Source of the DNA: an uncultured Thermodesulfobacteriota bacterium
GTDB lineage: Bacteria; Desulfobacterota_D; UBA1144; Nemesobacterales; UBA2774
Assembly (NCBI GenBank): GCA_942491865.1
Contig: CALOCI010000004.1
Span: 789,713-853,712 of the forward strand
DNA length: 64,000 nucleotides
Direction of reading: 5' to 3'
Shown here: positions 36,872 to 45,546 of the stretch, piece by piece
Layout of the letters: each line of letters opens with the position of its first letter
How positions within the stretch are numbered: position 1 is the stretch's first letter
Made by a program: the position numbers and the translations under genes
The notes under the pieces: generated by a model
Seen by the model: the letters and a program-made list of their open reading frames with translations, nothing else
The model's database searches: none
Told to the model about the DNA's origin: nothing

Positions 36872-38464
36872 ATGCCTAAAAAATTCTTCTTAATTTTGAT
36901 GTTCTCTATTCTAATTTTAGGATGCACGACTAACGATAACACCCCTGAAGGCGGCACCCAGAAAAATACAATAAATATCAATATAGGCAACGAGCCTCCA
37001 ACCCTCGACTGGTCTCTGGCGATGGATGGAACATCATATAACATTTTAAATAATCTGATGGAGGGGCTTACAAAATTTGACGACTCTCTTATTCCACAAC
37101 CCGCTCTCGCTGAGAGCTGGGAAATTAGCGAAGACGGCACAACTTATACATTTAAGATACGAGAGAATGTGAACTGGTCAGACGGACAACCACTAAAGGC
37201 CCAAGATTTTGAGTATTCCTGGAAGCGCATACTTAATCCTGCGACTGGAGGACATTACGCATATTTTTTATATGATCTCGAAAATGCAGAGAACTACAAT
37301 ACTGGAAAAATTAAGGACCCGAATAAAGTTGGAGTCAAAGCATTAGACGACCAAACTCTAGAAGTAAAATTGAGAAGACAAGCGTCTTACTTTCCGAGTC
37401 TCCTTGTATTCATGTCAACTTTCCCGATGAGACAAGATGTCGTTGAAAAACATGGCATTAGATGGACCGAGCCAGAAAATATGGTAACCCTCGGACCTTA
37501 TAAACTCTCATCATGGCGACACCACGACAACATGCTTTTGCAAATAAATCCAAATTATTGGGGGCCAAAACCGACTATAGAAAACGTAAACATGGTTATG
37601 AATGAAAACCCTTCTTCTGCTCTAGCGCTCTATGAAAGTGGGGAGCTTGATTTCGCCGACAGTAAAAGTATTCCACCATTAGAGGTCCCGAGACTTATAG
37701 ACCTTAACGATTTCAAAAGCACCCTTCAGTTTAGAACTAATTATATTGCGTTTAATGTGGAGAAAACACCTTTTGATAATCCGCTTGTGAGAAAAGCATT
37801 CTCAGCAGCAATAGATAGAGAAAGTATTATAGGCTTAATACAGGGTGCAGGAATTACTACAAGCTCATGGATTCCAAAGAATATGCTGGGTTATAATGAG
37901 AATATTGGGGTTGATTTTAACCCTGAGCAGGCTAAAAAATGGCTTGCTGAAGCAGGATATCCTGATGGAAAAGGTTTTCCAGAAGTTGAGTTCTTATGGC
38001 CAGACGTAAGTTTTAATAGAGTTATTGCCGAAGCTCTTCAGAGTATGTGGAAAGAATATTTGGGTGTAAGAGTCGATCTTATAAATGAAGAATGGAAAGT
38101 TTATCTAAGCACGATTAATACCAATCCCCCTGAAATTCATAGGGCCGGCTGGGGTGCTGATTATCCAGACCCACATAATTTTATGAGTCTTTTTACATGC
38201 AATTCAGGAAACAATAGAACTGGCTGGTGTAATAAAGAATATGACGCATTAGTTGAACAAGCTGCTGCTGAAACTGACCCAGAAAAGAGGATCGTGATCT
38301 ATGATAAAGCTCAGAAAATCCTGACCGAAACTGATTCCCCGATCGCACCGTTTTATATAACAACCCAACAGAACTTAATTAAGCCTTATGTAAAAGGGTT
38401 AGTACCAAACCCACTAGACATGGTTCTGTTTAAGAATGTTTCTCTGGAAAATGAAAATAGGTAA
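36872..38464 (+). CDS. ABC transporter substrate-binding lipoprotein, family 5 (peptide/nickel type); orphan, with no adjacent permease
   Basis: Lipobox 'ILGC'. 'EPPTLDW', 'GLTKFD' and 'WSDGQPLKAQDF' motifs. 530 aa. Confidence 0.85.
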   Translation: MPKKFFLILMFSILILGCTTNDNTPEGGTQKNTININIGNEPPTLDWSLAMDGTSYNILNNLMEGLTKFDDSLIPQPALAESWEISEDGTTYTFKIRENVNWSDGQPLKAQDFEYSWKRILNPATGGHYAYFLYDLENAENYNTGKIKDPNKVGVKALDDQTLEVKLRRQASYFPSLLVFMSTFPMRQDVVEKHGIRWTEPENMVTLGPYKLSSWRHHDNMLLQINPNYWGPKPTIENVNMVMNENPSSALALYESGELDFADSKSIPPLEVPRLIDLNDFKSTLQFRTNYIAFNVEKTPFDNPLVRKAFSAAIDRESIIGLIQGAGITTSSWIPKNMLGYNENIGVDFNPEQAKKWLAEAGYPDGKGFPEVEFLWPDVSFNRVIAEALQSMWKEYLGVRVDLINEEWKVYLSTINTNPPEIHRAGWGADYPDPHNFMSLFTCNSGNNRTGWCNKEYDALVEQAAAETDPEKRIVIYDKAQKILTETDSPIAPFYITTQQNLIKPYVKGLVPNPLDMVLFKNVSLENENR

Positions 38465-38470
38465 TAATAA

Positions 38471-38505
38471 GGGTGGCATTGAGATACCACCCCTATATTT
38501 ATTTT
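38471..38505. terminator. Hairpin terminator between convergent genes
   Basis: GGGTGG (38471-38476) pairs with CCACCC (38487-38492), followed by CTATATTTATTTT. Confidence 0.45.
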
Positions 38506-38521
38506 AAGATAGTTTTCTAAA

Positions 38522-39574
38522 TCAGCCTTTGAAGTAAGGGATGATTTCCTTAGCATAAGTTTCGAGTGCTAGCGCGGGATCGGGACTAAACCGATAGAAA
38601 AGTACAAAGTTCTTTACACCGGAATCAATGAACTTCTCAATTTTTTTGATACAATCCTGTTTTGATCCGGTAATAGTGAAATCAATAATAGCCTCTCTAG
38701 GGTAGAATTGTCCCAATTCTCTGAATTTCTTCCTGCCTTCTTCGTCCTGAGGAATAATATTGAAATAGTCTAGACCTAGGTACTCCTCGGGAATATCGAC
38801 ATCGTATCCGGCTTTTTTAAGCTGGTCCTGCATACATAGAACATATTTAAACGGCTCTAGTGTTTTATAAGCTTCGTCCTCGTTTTCACCTAGTGACGTA
38901 AATACCCAAAGCCCTAAATCAATCTCATCTAAACTACGCCCTACACCATCTGCTCCTTCTTTGACCATAGCAAGATACTGTGCATAAAGACCAGGAGTTA
39001 GATCAAATGGAAGCCATCCGTCCCCCAATTCACCTGTGAGCTTGAGCCCCTTGGGACCGTGGGTAGCCATATATATAGGGATCCTATTTCTCTGATAGGG
39101 CTTTACCTGTAAAAAAGCTTCTTTTAGATTAAAAAACTCCCCTTCGTAATTACAAGGCCCCTCTGTTGCCCATAGTTTCTGCATTACAGTCATTGCCTCT
39201 TTTAACCTGGCTAGGGGTCTATTCCAACCGATTCCATAAGCGTCTAAGTTCATAGACTCACCGACTCCAAGAGTGAGCTTTACTCTGCCCTTTGAAATAT
39301 GGTCAATTGTGGCTAGTCGCTGAGCAAACACAGCTGGATGCATTCTATGAGGATCTGAGACAGTTCCTAAACTAATATTGCTTGTTTTCATAGCAGCAGC
39401 AGTTGCCACTGTCCAGGCTTCATGTGCCTCAGTAGGGGATACAAATACAACGTGGTCCGGAAACCAAACACCATCAAAACCAAGCTCGTCAGCTTTGACT
39501 GAAAAATCTATTAATCCATCTAAATCAGCTCCCGGCATGGGAGCAGCAAGTCCAAATTTTATATCTTTTGCCAT
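38522..39574 (-). CDS. LLM-class (luciferase-like) flavin/F420-dependent oxidoreductase, Mer-like
   Basis: 'FDGVWFPDH', 'GRVKLTLGVGE' and 'GDGWLP'. AAAGAGGTG RBS before the ATG at 39574, so the 14-codon upstream extension was dropped. Confidence 0.8.
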   Translation of the reverse strand: MAKDIKFGLAAPMPGADLDGLIDFSVKADELGFDGVWFPDHVVFVSPTEAHEAWTVATAAAMKTSNISLGTVSDPHRMHPAVFAQRLATIDHISKGRVKLTLGVGESMNLDAYGIGWNRPLARLKEAMTVMQKLWATEGPCNYEGEFFNLKEAFLQVKPYQRNRIPIYMATHGPKGLKLTGELGDGWLPFDLTPGLYAQYLAMVKEGADGVGRSLDEIDLGLWVFTSLGENEDEAYKTLEPFKYVLCMQDQLKKAGYDVDIPEEYLGLDYFNIIPQDEEGRKKFRELGQFYPREAIIDFTITGSKQDCIKKIEKFIDSGVKNFVLFYRFSPDPALALETYAKEIIPYFKG

Positions 39575-39738
39575 TTTGACACCTCTTTCATTGATTATTC
39601 CCCTCATTATAAACACATGCGCATATAAAACACAATACCCACAATTAAATATGGAAAAATATGAAATTTAATCCGCTAGAATTCGATTATGTATTGATGT
39701 TATAATTCTTATTCTGAATAACAGAAGGAGGTCTTTAA

Positions 39739-40758
39739 ATGAAATTTGGCATCGGACTTTTTGGTATGCAAACCCACCCAGAGCTAACATATACACATCC
39801 AGAGCTTTATAAAAATACTCTCTCACAAGTGAGGCTCGCTGAAGAAGTTAATTTTGACTCAGCTTGGATTTCAGAGCATCACTTTTTGGAAGATGGCTAC
39901 TGCCCCTCACCGGCAGTTATAGCAGGTGCTATGGCGGCTGTTACTTCGAAAATCAGAATTGGATCCTCTGGAATTATACTCCCGCTTCATAACCCGGTAA
40001 GAGTTGCCGAAGACGCCGCTGTTGTGGATAACATTTCAAACGGTAGGTTCGACCTAGGTGTAGTTCTTGGTTATAGAAAAGAAGAGTTCGAAGGCTTGGG
40101 AGTACCAATGAAACAAAGACCCTCCCGCATGGATGAAGGCATAGAAGTGCTAGAGAAAGCACTAGCTGGAGAAACATTTTCATATGAGGGGAAAAGGCAC
40201 AGTTTTGAGAATACAACGCTAACTCCAAAACCCGTTCAAAGCCCTATTCCTTTATACGTTGGGGCGTTTGAAGAACCTGCAATAAGACGTGCTGGACGCT
40301 ACGGCTATCCGCTGCTCATAGGTCCAGGTAGAACTGTGGATATGGTCAGGGATACTCTCGGATATTATAACGATGAAGCCGAGAAAGCCGGGAAAAATCC
40401 AAACAATGTGGAGCACATACTATTACGAGAAACCTTTATCGCAGATGATAGAGACGAAGCAATAGAGGGCGGAAACAAATACATAACTAATATGTACAAA
40501 TACTATTTTTCACTTGGAGTTAAGATGTATGTGAGGGGTAAGCAGCTTAAGGACTTAGACGACCCTCTCTTTGAACACCTTGCCGAAGAGCGTTTTATTA
40601 TAGGAACACCGCACGACTGTATTAAAGAGGTAGAGAAATACAGAGACGAGCTTGGAATTAACTACATATCATGCCGAATGGTATTTCCTCAGGCAACTCA
40701 CGAAATAATTTCAAATCTTATAGAAACGTTTGGCAAAGAGGTAATTAAGTACTTTTGA
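39739..40758 (+). CDS. LLM-class (luciferase-like) oxidoreductase
   Basis: 'FDSAWISEHHF', 'GRFDLGVVLGY' and 'IPLYVGA'. AAGGAGG RBS. Confidence 0.8.
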   Translation: MKFGIGLFGMQTHPELTYTHPELYKNTLSQVRLAEEVNFDSAWISEHHFLEDGYCPSPAVIAGAMAAVTSKIRIGSSGIILPLHNPVRVAEDAAVVDNISNGRFDLGVVLGYRKEEFEGLGVPMKQRPSRMDEGIEVLEKALAGETFSYEGKRHSFENTTLTPKPVQSPIPLYVGAFEEPAIRRAGRYGYPLLIGPGRTVDMVRDTLGYYNDEAEKAGKNPNNVEHILLRETFIADDRDEAIEGGNKYITNMYKYYFSLGVKMYVRGKQLKDLDDPLFEHLAEERFIIGTPHDCIKEVEKYRDELGINYISCRMVFPQATHEIISNLIETFGKEVIKYF

Positions 40759-40837
40759 TAAGTGATGAAAATCTTGACACATAAAGGATTTAAGAGTTAT
40801 TATGTAAATTCTGTTTTATAGATCTTTTAAAATTTAT

Positions 40838-41006
40838 AGTACAAGGTTGCATTAAAGCTTAAAAGGGAAATCCGGTGAGAATCCGGTGCAGCCCACTCGC
40901 TGCTGTAAGTAGTCCTTAAAGTCCTTTGCATTATGTCACTGGAATTAATTCTGGGAAGGCGCAAAGGAGACCCGAGGCTACAAGCCAGAACACCTGCCTT
41001 AGTACT
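40838..41006 (+). promoter_or_regulatory. Cobalamin (B12) riboswitch aptamer
   Basis: 'AAAAGGGAAATCCGGTGAGAATCCGGTGCAGCCC', B12-box-like 'GTCACTGG...CTGGGAAGGC' and 'AAGCCAGAACACCTGCC'. P1 is AGTACAAGG (40838-40846) paired with CCTTAGTACT (40997-41006). Lies upstream of a TonB-dependent receptor. Confidence 0.85.
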
Positions 41007-41061
41007 TAATGTCTTACTTTTCTTCGGGGGGAGAGAGTAAATGGGTATTAAATACATTCCG

Positions 41062-41088
41062 CCTCCCGGTTACTTAGTTAACCGGAGG
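41062..41088 (+). promoter_or_regulatory. Expression-platform hairpin that sequesters the btuB Shine-Dalgarno sequence
   Basis: CCTCCCGGTT (41062-41071) pairs with AACCGGAGG (41080-41088) with one bulged C. GGAGG at 41084-41088 is inside the stem. Confidence 0.5.
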
Positions 41089-41114
41089 TATACATAATCA
41101 GGTTATTCCTAACT

Positions 41115-42980
41115 GTGCTTTTTATTTTCCTAGCTTCAATCACGATAGCTCAGGAAAATGAAGATCCAACTTTAGAAACTGTCATTGTAGAGGACACTCC
41201 AATTGAGCCTCCTCTTAGCTACCCGTCCGCCTTTTCTACGGTAATTGAGCTCGAGAATTTCAGTGGGGAATACAAGACAGCGGCAGAGCTTCTATCGTTC
41301 TCCCCAGGTGTATTTGTAAGAGATTTCGGTGGATTTGGCCAGCTTAAAACACTTTCTATCCGCGGGTCGTCAAGTGATCAGGTGGTAATTCTCTTAGATG
41401 GAGTAAGATTAAACAACCCTTTAGGTGGCGGGGTCGATCTGTCGACAATTCCGGTAAGTTTCGTAGACAGATTTGAAGTAATAAGGGGCGGGGCTTCTGC
41501 CTTTGCAGGTACTGATGCATTAGGAGGAGTTGTTAATATTGTCACCAAACCAACGGATGAGCCTTTTACTTTTGCCTCTGCAACTTACGGCTCATATGAA
41601 ACATTCACTCTAAATCTTGGAAGAGCACAGAAAATTGGAAATTTCAGCTATTTGGTTTCCTTTGCTCATGCTCAGAGTGAGGGGGATTTTAAATTTAAGT
41701 CAGTTAATGACCTCACACTCACCAGAATTAATAATGATTTCCATTCTGAGAGTTTTCTCACAAAACTTGCTTATGATTTTGATAGCGGTTGGGAGATAAG
41801 TCTATTAAATGAGTTTTTCTATGACGACAGAGGAGTGCCGGGTCTTGGAGAATTTCAACAGCCAAATGCAAATCAAAAAGATCTTAGAAACCTTACAAGT
41901 GTTAACATCTCAAAAGAACAATTTGCTAGTCCCGAGCTAGATCTGAATATAAATCTTTATAATAGATACGACAGCCTGGAATTTAAGAACCCGACGCCGA
42001 CCATTGGAGTTCCGATAGATACGCTGAGCAAAACATATGCATTCGGCGTCAACCCGAGGCTCACTTGGTTTGCTCCCTATAATCAGACTATTACCTTTGC
42101 AACCGAGGCAAGAGCAGAATTTTTAAGCGATGATGACTTTGATAACCCACAGCGTTTTACATACAGCGCATTTGCTAGTGACGAAATCTCACTGTTCGAT
42201 GAAATATTAATTATAAACCCTGTTGTGAGATTAGATATTTGGTCAACGCAACAAGAAGAGACTACAACCGATGTAGGATTCTCGCCTAAACTTGGAATTG
42301 TAGTATCTCCAAAAAATTATCTTACATTCAAAGCTAATATAGGACGATCATTCAGAGCACCAAGCTTTGGCGAGCTCTTTTTTCCGGAAGAAGGTTTTAT
42401 AGGTGGGAACCCCGATCTAAAACCGGAGACATCTTATGACTTTGATGTTGGAGTATTACTTTCCCATCCTAAAGCAGCACTAGAAGTTACATATTTCAGA
42501 AATCATATAGACGATCTAATTTTATTTGTTTTTATTAGCGCCCAGAGAATAGAGCCTAGAAATGTCGGTAATGTCGATGAGCAGGGAGTCGAAACAAGCT
42601 TAATATTGAGACCTTTTGAGTTTTTGGAGCTTTATGGCGCTTATACATTTTTGTCTGGTGAGATAGATGAAACAGGCGCTCAGCTTCCCGGTAGACCTCG
42701 CAATAAGGCCGATTTCCGAGCTGTGCTAAGTCACAGCATCGCAGCTGTATTTTGGGAAACTCACTATGTTGATGAAATTCCGCTAAATGCATTTCCAAAT
42801 GCGCCCACTACCGACGCAAGAACAACCCATAATATTGGAGTTAAAGGTGAATGGAAAAGTGTTTTTGCCTCATTCGAAGTAAAGAACCTTTTCAACAATC
42901 TTGATGTAAGGGATGCGTTAGATTTTCCACTTCCAGGAAGAACTTTCTTCGTTACAGCAGGAGTAAATTTTGATAAATAG
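41115..42980 (+). CDS. btuB: TonB-dependent vitamin B12 receptor
   Basis: TonB box 'ETVIVEDT', plug 'RGSSSDQVVILLDGVRLN' and a C-terminal beta-barrel ending '...NFDK'. Riboswitch upstream. The start is uncertain: GTG at 41115, or a non-canonical codon at 41094/41097. Confidence 0.88.
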   Translation: MLFIFLASITIAQENEDPTLETVIVEDTPIEPPLSYPSAFSTVIELENFSGEYKTAAELLSFSPGVFVRDFGGFGQLKTLSIRGSSSDQVVILLDGVRLNNPLGGGVDLSTIPVSFVDRFEVIRGGASAFAGTDALGGVVNIVTKPTDEPFTFASATYGSYETFTLNLGRAQKIGNFSYLVSFAHAQSEGDFKFKSVNDLTLTRINNDFHSESFLTKLAYDFDSGWEISLLNEFFYDDRGVPGLGEFQQPNANQKDLRNLTSVNISKEQFASPELDLNINLYNRYDSLEFKNPTPTIGVPIDTLSKTYAFGVNPRLTWFAPYNQTITFATEARAEFLSDDDFDNPQRFTYSAFASDEISLFDEILIINPVVRLDIWSTQQEETTTDVGFSPKLGIVVSPKNYLTFKANIGRSFRAPSFGELFFPEEGFIGGNPDLKPETSYDFDVGVLLSHPKAALEVTYFRNHIDDLILFVFISAQRIEPRNVGNVDEQGVETSLILRPFEFLELYGAYTFLSGEIDETGAQLPGRPRNKADFRAVLSHSIAAVFWETHYVDEIPLNAFPNAPTTDARTTHNIGVKGEWKSVFASFEVKNLFNNLDVRDALDFPLPGRTFFVTAGVNFDK

Positions 42981-43015
42981 AAATCAAGTAAGACAATTCA
43001 AAGGAGGATAATAGG

Positions 43016-44503
43016 ATGAGACTATTATTAACAATATTTGTTTTTAGTTTTTTTGGAGCAGTTTTTATAGGCTGCGACAGCGGTGGAAATGGCGGAGGCG
43101 GTTTTGTACCTACAGGTGATATTTTGGCTGTAGCAGAACGCGCAGGAACAAATCAGACAATTAAAGTCGGAGGAACAGCTGGTTCAGTCCCTCCAGGTAG
43201 CACTGTAGAGGTTACCAACCTCACTACCTTGGAAACGCAGACAACTTTTGGTCTTGCTGACGGTAGTTTTGACCCAACATTTACTGCTAACACAAGTGAT
43301 TTATTCAACGTGCTAGTTACTAATAATGGCAATGTTGTTTTAGACACTGTAATTGGAGTAACACTATTAAGAAATGCAGTTGATCGTAACCTTGCACAGC
43401 TTGGTAGCGTTCCGGCAGATATAAAGATTCTTGGAACTAGGGCCTATGTAATAAACGGTTTCTCAAATAATATTCAGATATTTGAACTCAACCAGACCCC
43501 CCCTCAACAACTAGGAACCATAGTTGTTCCTCCGGGTTCAAACCCTATATCCATGGATTTCTTTGGAAACAACCAAGCTTATGTAGCTAACAACACAGGT
43601 CAAAGTGTTGCTTTAGTAAATATTTTTACCGGTGCTTGTCAGACACTGATTGTAAGCGCAGAAGATCAGGGAGAAACAGCACCTTGTAATAATGTCATTA
43701 ATGTGCCTTCTAATAGTTTCGAGGAACCGTCAGGTATATTGATAATAAACGATAAAGTTTATATTTCTAATAATAACCTAGATGAGAATTTCAACCCTAA
43801 TGGTAACGGTTTTATAACTGTACTAAGCACAGCTACCAATCAGGTCATAGACACTATCAATGCTTCGGGCGCCAACACCAGCAGCCTGGTAGAAATTGAT
43901 GAGATTCTTTATGCCCTGAATAATGGGAATATATCATTTGACTTCGAAACTTTTGAATTCAGCTGTGATACCAATTTTCCACCTTCAATTGATATAATCA
44001 ACACTCTAAACGATAGTGTAATCGACACAATAGATATTCCACTAAGCCAGCAAAACCCAACAGTGTGTCTGCCTAATAATCTAACAGCTACTCCTGATGG
44101 ATTTGGCTACACCGGACTAGGTTTAGTAGGTGCTTTATTAAAAGTAGATCTATTTGAAGGAACAATAATCAATGGTCCTGCTAATCCTATCTTAATCACT
44201 GATCTTAACGATCTGAACAACACAGCAGACATAGCCATTAAAGACGGTTTGCTTTTCACCACACTTTTTAACTCAGACCAGATAGCTGTGTTAGATACAA
44301 GCAATGATCAGGTAGATCCTTTCCCCTATATAACTCCATTTCCTGCAGGTCTTAGAGGTGATAATCCAAACTCAGACCTATTTGATGGTGTTCAATCACT
44401 TGCTATCAGGCCAGGGGATGACTTTAGTGGTGCTGATATTTATTTTATTACTGGAATCAGTCAGCAGCTAGGATCAGTCGATTCAACATTACAGACACAG
44501 TAA
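43016..44503 (+). CDS. Surface or periplasmic lipoprotein with YVTN/YncE-like beta-propeller repeats, inside the B12 locus
   Basis: Lipobox 'FIGC' followed by a Gly-rich linker. Repeated blocks such as '...AYV.N...N.I.V....' recur ('RAYVINGFSNNIQIFEL', 'QAYVANNTGQSVALVNI', 'KVYISNNN...GFITVLS'). Confidence 0.6.
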   Translation: MRLLLTIFVFSFFGAVFIGCDSGGNGGGGFVPTGDILAVAERAGTNQTIKVGGTAGSVPPGSTVEVTNLTTLETQTTFGLADGSFDPTFTANTSDLFNVLVTNNGNVVLDTVIGVTLLRNAVDRNLAQLGSVPADIKILGTRAYVINGFSNNIQIFELNQTPPQQLGTIVVPPGSNPISMDFFGNNQAYVANNTGQSVALVNIFTGACQTLIVSAEDQGETAPCNNVINVPSNSFEEPSGILIINDKVYISNNNLDENFNPNGNGFITVLSTATNQVIDTINASGANTSSLVEIDEILYALNNGNISFDFETFEFSCDTNFPPSIDIINTLNDSVIDTIDIPLSQQNPTVCLPNNLTATPDGFGYTGLGLVGALLKVDLFEGTIINGPANPILITDLNDLNNTADIAIKDGLLFTTLFNSDQIAVLDTSNDQVDPFPYITPFPAGLRGDNPNSDLFDGVQSLAIRPGDDFSGADIYFITGISQQLGSVDSTLQTQ

Positions 44504-44596
44504 GGATTTGCATAAGTAAGTAATCCAGTTAATGATAATTGTATTGGGAGGGGCCTAAACGCCTCTCCCCAAATAATATATGATGGGGTCAGAATT

Positions 44597-45544
44597 ATGC
44601 GTATTTGTTCATTTCTTCCAAGCACAACAGAGATTATTTATGAGTTGGGTCTGGGTGACAACCTGGTCGGCGTAACGCATGAGTGCAACTATCCGCCTGA
44701 AGTTAAAGAAAAGAAGGTTGTTATCATGAGTTTTCTTGATCACAAAAAACTCTCTAGTAAAGAAATAGACGACCTCGTAACTAAAAACGCTATGGAAGGA
44801 AAGAGTACTTATCTTGTAGATAAAGAAGCGCTTAAAGAAGCTAACCCGGATATTATTTTGACCCAGAAACTCTGTGAAGTGTGTGCTGTTTCTGGAAATC
44901 AGGTTATGGAAGCTGTTGAAGTTCTGGGTCATACACCTGAAATAATTTCTTTAGAGCCAACAACAATATATGAAATTTTTGATACGATAATTACTATCGG
45001 AGAGGCTACTGGCACAAAAGAAAAAGCCATTGAGATCACAGATAAGCTCAAAGCAAGAGTAGAGAGAGTAAGGTCTCAACTTGAAAACGAGAGAGACCGT
45101 CCCAGGGTTTTTTGTATGGAATGGCTTGATCCTCCATTTGTTGGAGGACACTGGGTACCGGAAATGGTAGAAATCGCAGGCGGAGATAACGGCTTAGGCA
45201 AAGCTGGGGAGCCTTCTTTTAAAGCTACCTGGGAAGAAATTGCGGACTTTGCCCCACAGAAATTATTTTTAATGCCCTGCGGCTTTGATATAGAAAAAAC
45301 TATTAATGAACTAGACGTAGTAACATCAAAAGATGAGTGGTTTGCTTTTCCTGCTACAACCAAAGGGGAGATTTACATTGTAGACGCTAACTCATATTTC
45401 AGTAGACCAGGACCAAGAATAGTTGATGGGCTCGAAATCCTGGCAAAAGCTATACATCCCGAAGTTATTAAGAACTACGACCCTCCTCCCGAATCAATTA
45501 TTAATCTCAGAAACTATATGCAGTTAGAGCTTTTTTCAGGATAA
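44597..45544 (+). CDS. BtuF/TroA-fold cobalamin-binding-protein-like protein lacking a signal peptide
   Basis: 'RICSFLPSTTEIIYELGLGDNLVGVTHEC' begins directly with the PBP fold. 'NPDIILTQ' and 'GGHWVPEM' motifs. Confidence 0.7.
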   Translation: MRICSFLPSTTEIIYELGLGDNLVGVTHECNYPPEVKEKKVVIMSFLDHKKLSSKEIDDLVTKNAMEGKSTYLVDKEALKEANPDIILTQKLCEVCAVSGNQVMEAVEVLGHTPEIISLEPTTIYEIFDTIITIGEATGTKEKAIEITDKLKARVERVRSQLENERDRPRVFCMEWLDPPFVGGHWVPEMVEIAGGDNGLGKAGEPSFKATWEEIADFAPQKLFLMPCGFDIEKTINELDVVTSKDEWFAFPATTKGEIYIVDANSYFSRPGPRIVDGLEILAKAIHPEVIKNYDPPPESIINLRNYMQLELFSG

Positions 45545-45546
45545 TC

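Noticed and set aside
39641-39655. CACAATTAAATAT in the LLM divergent region, and TTTCAATTGTAATCAT at 50561-50576, as further copies of the Fur-family operator motif
   Set aside because: Each has mismatches in the AAAT flank or lacks a partner half-site. Neither is next to a metal-related gene. Such strings are expected by chance in AT-rich intergenic DNA.
40827-41057. 76-aa minus-strand ORF in the btuB upstream region
   Set aside because: It coincides exactly with the cobalamin riboswitch on the plus strand. It has no RBS and is Ser/Leu/Pro-rich junk.
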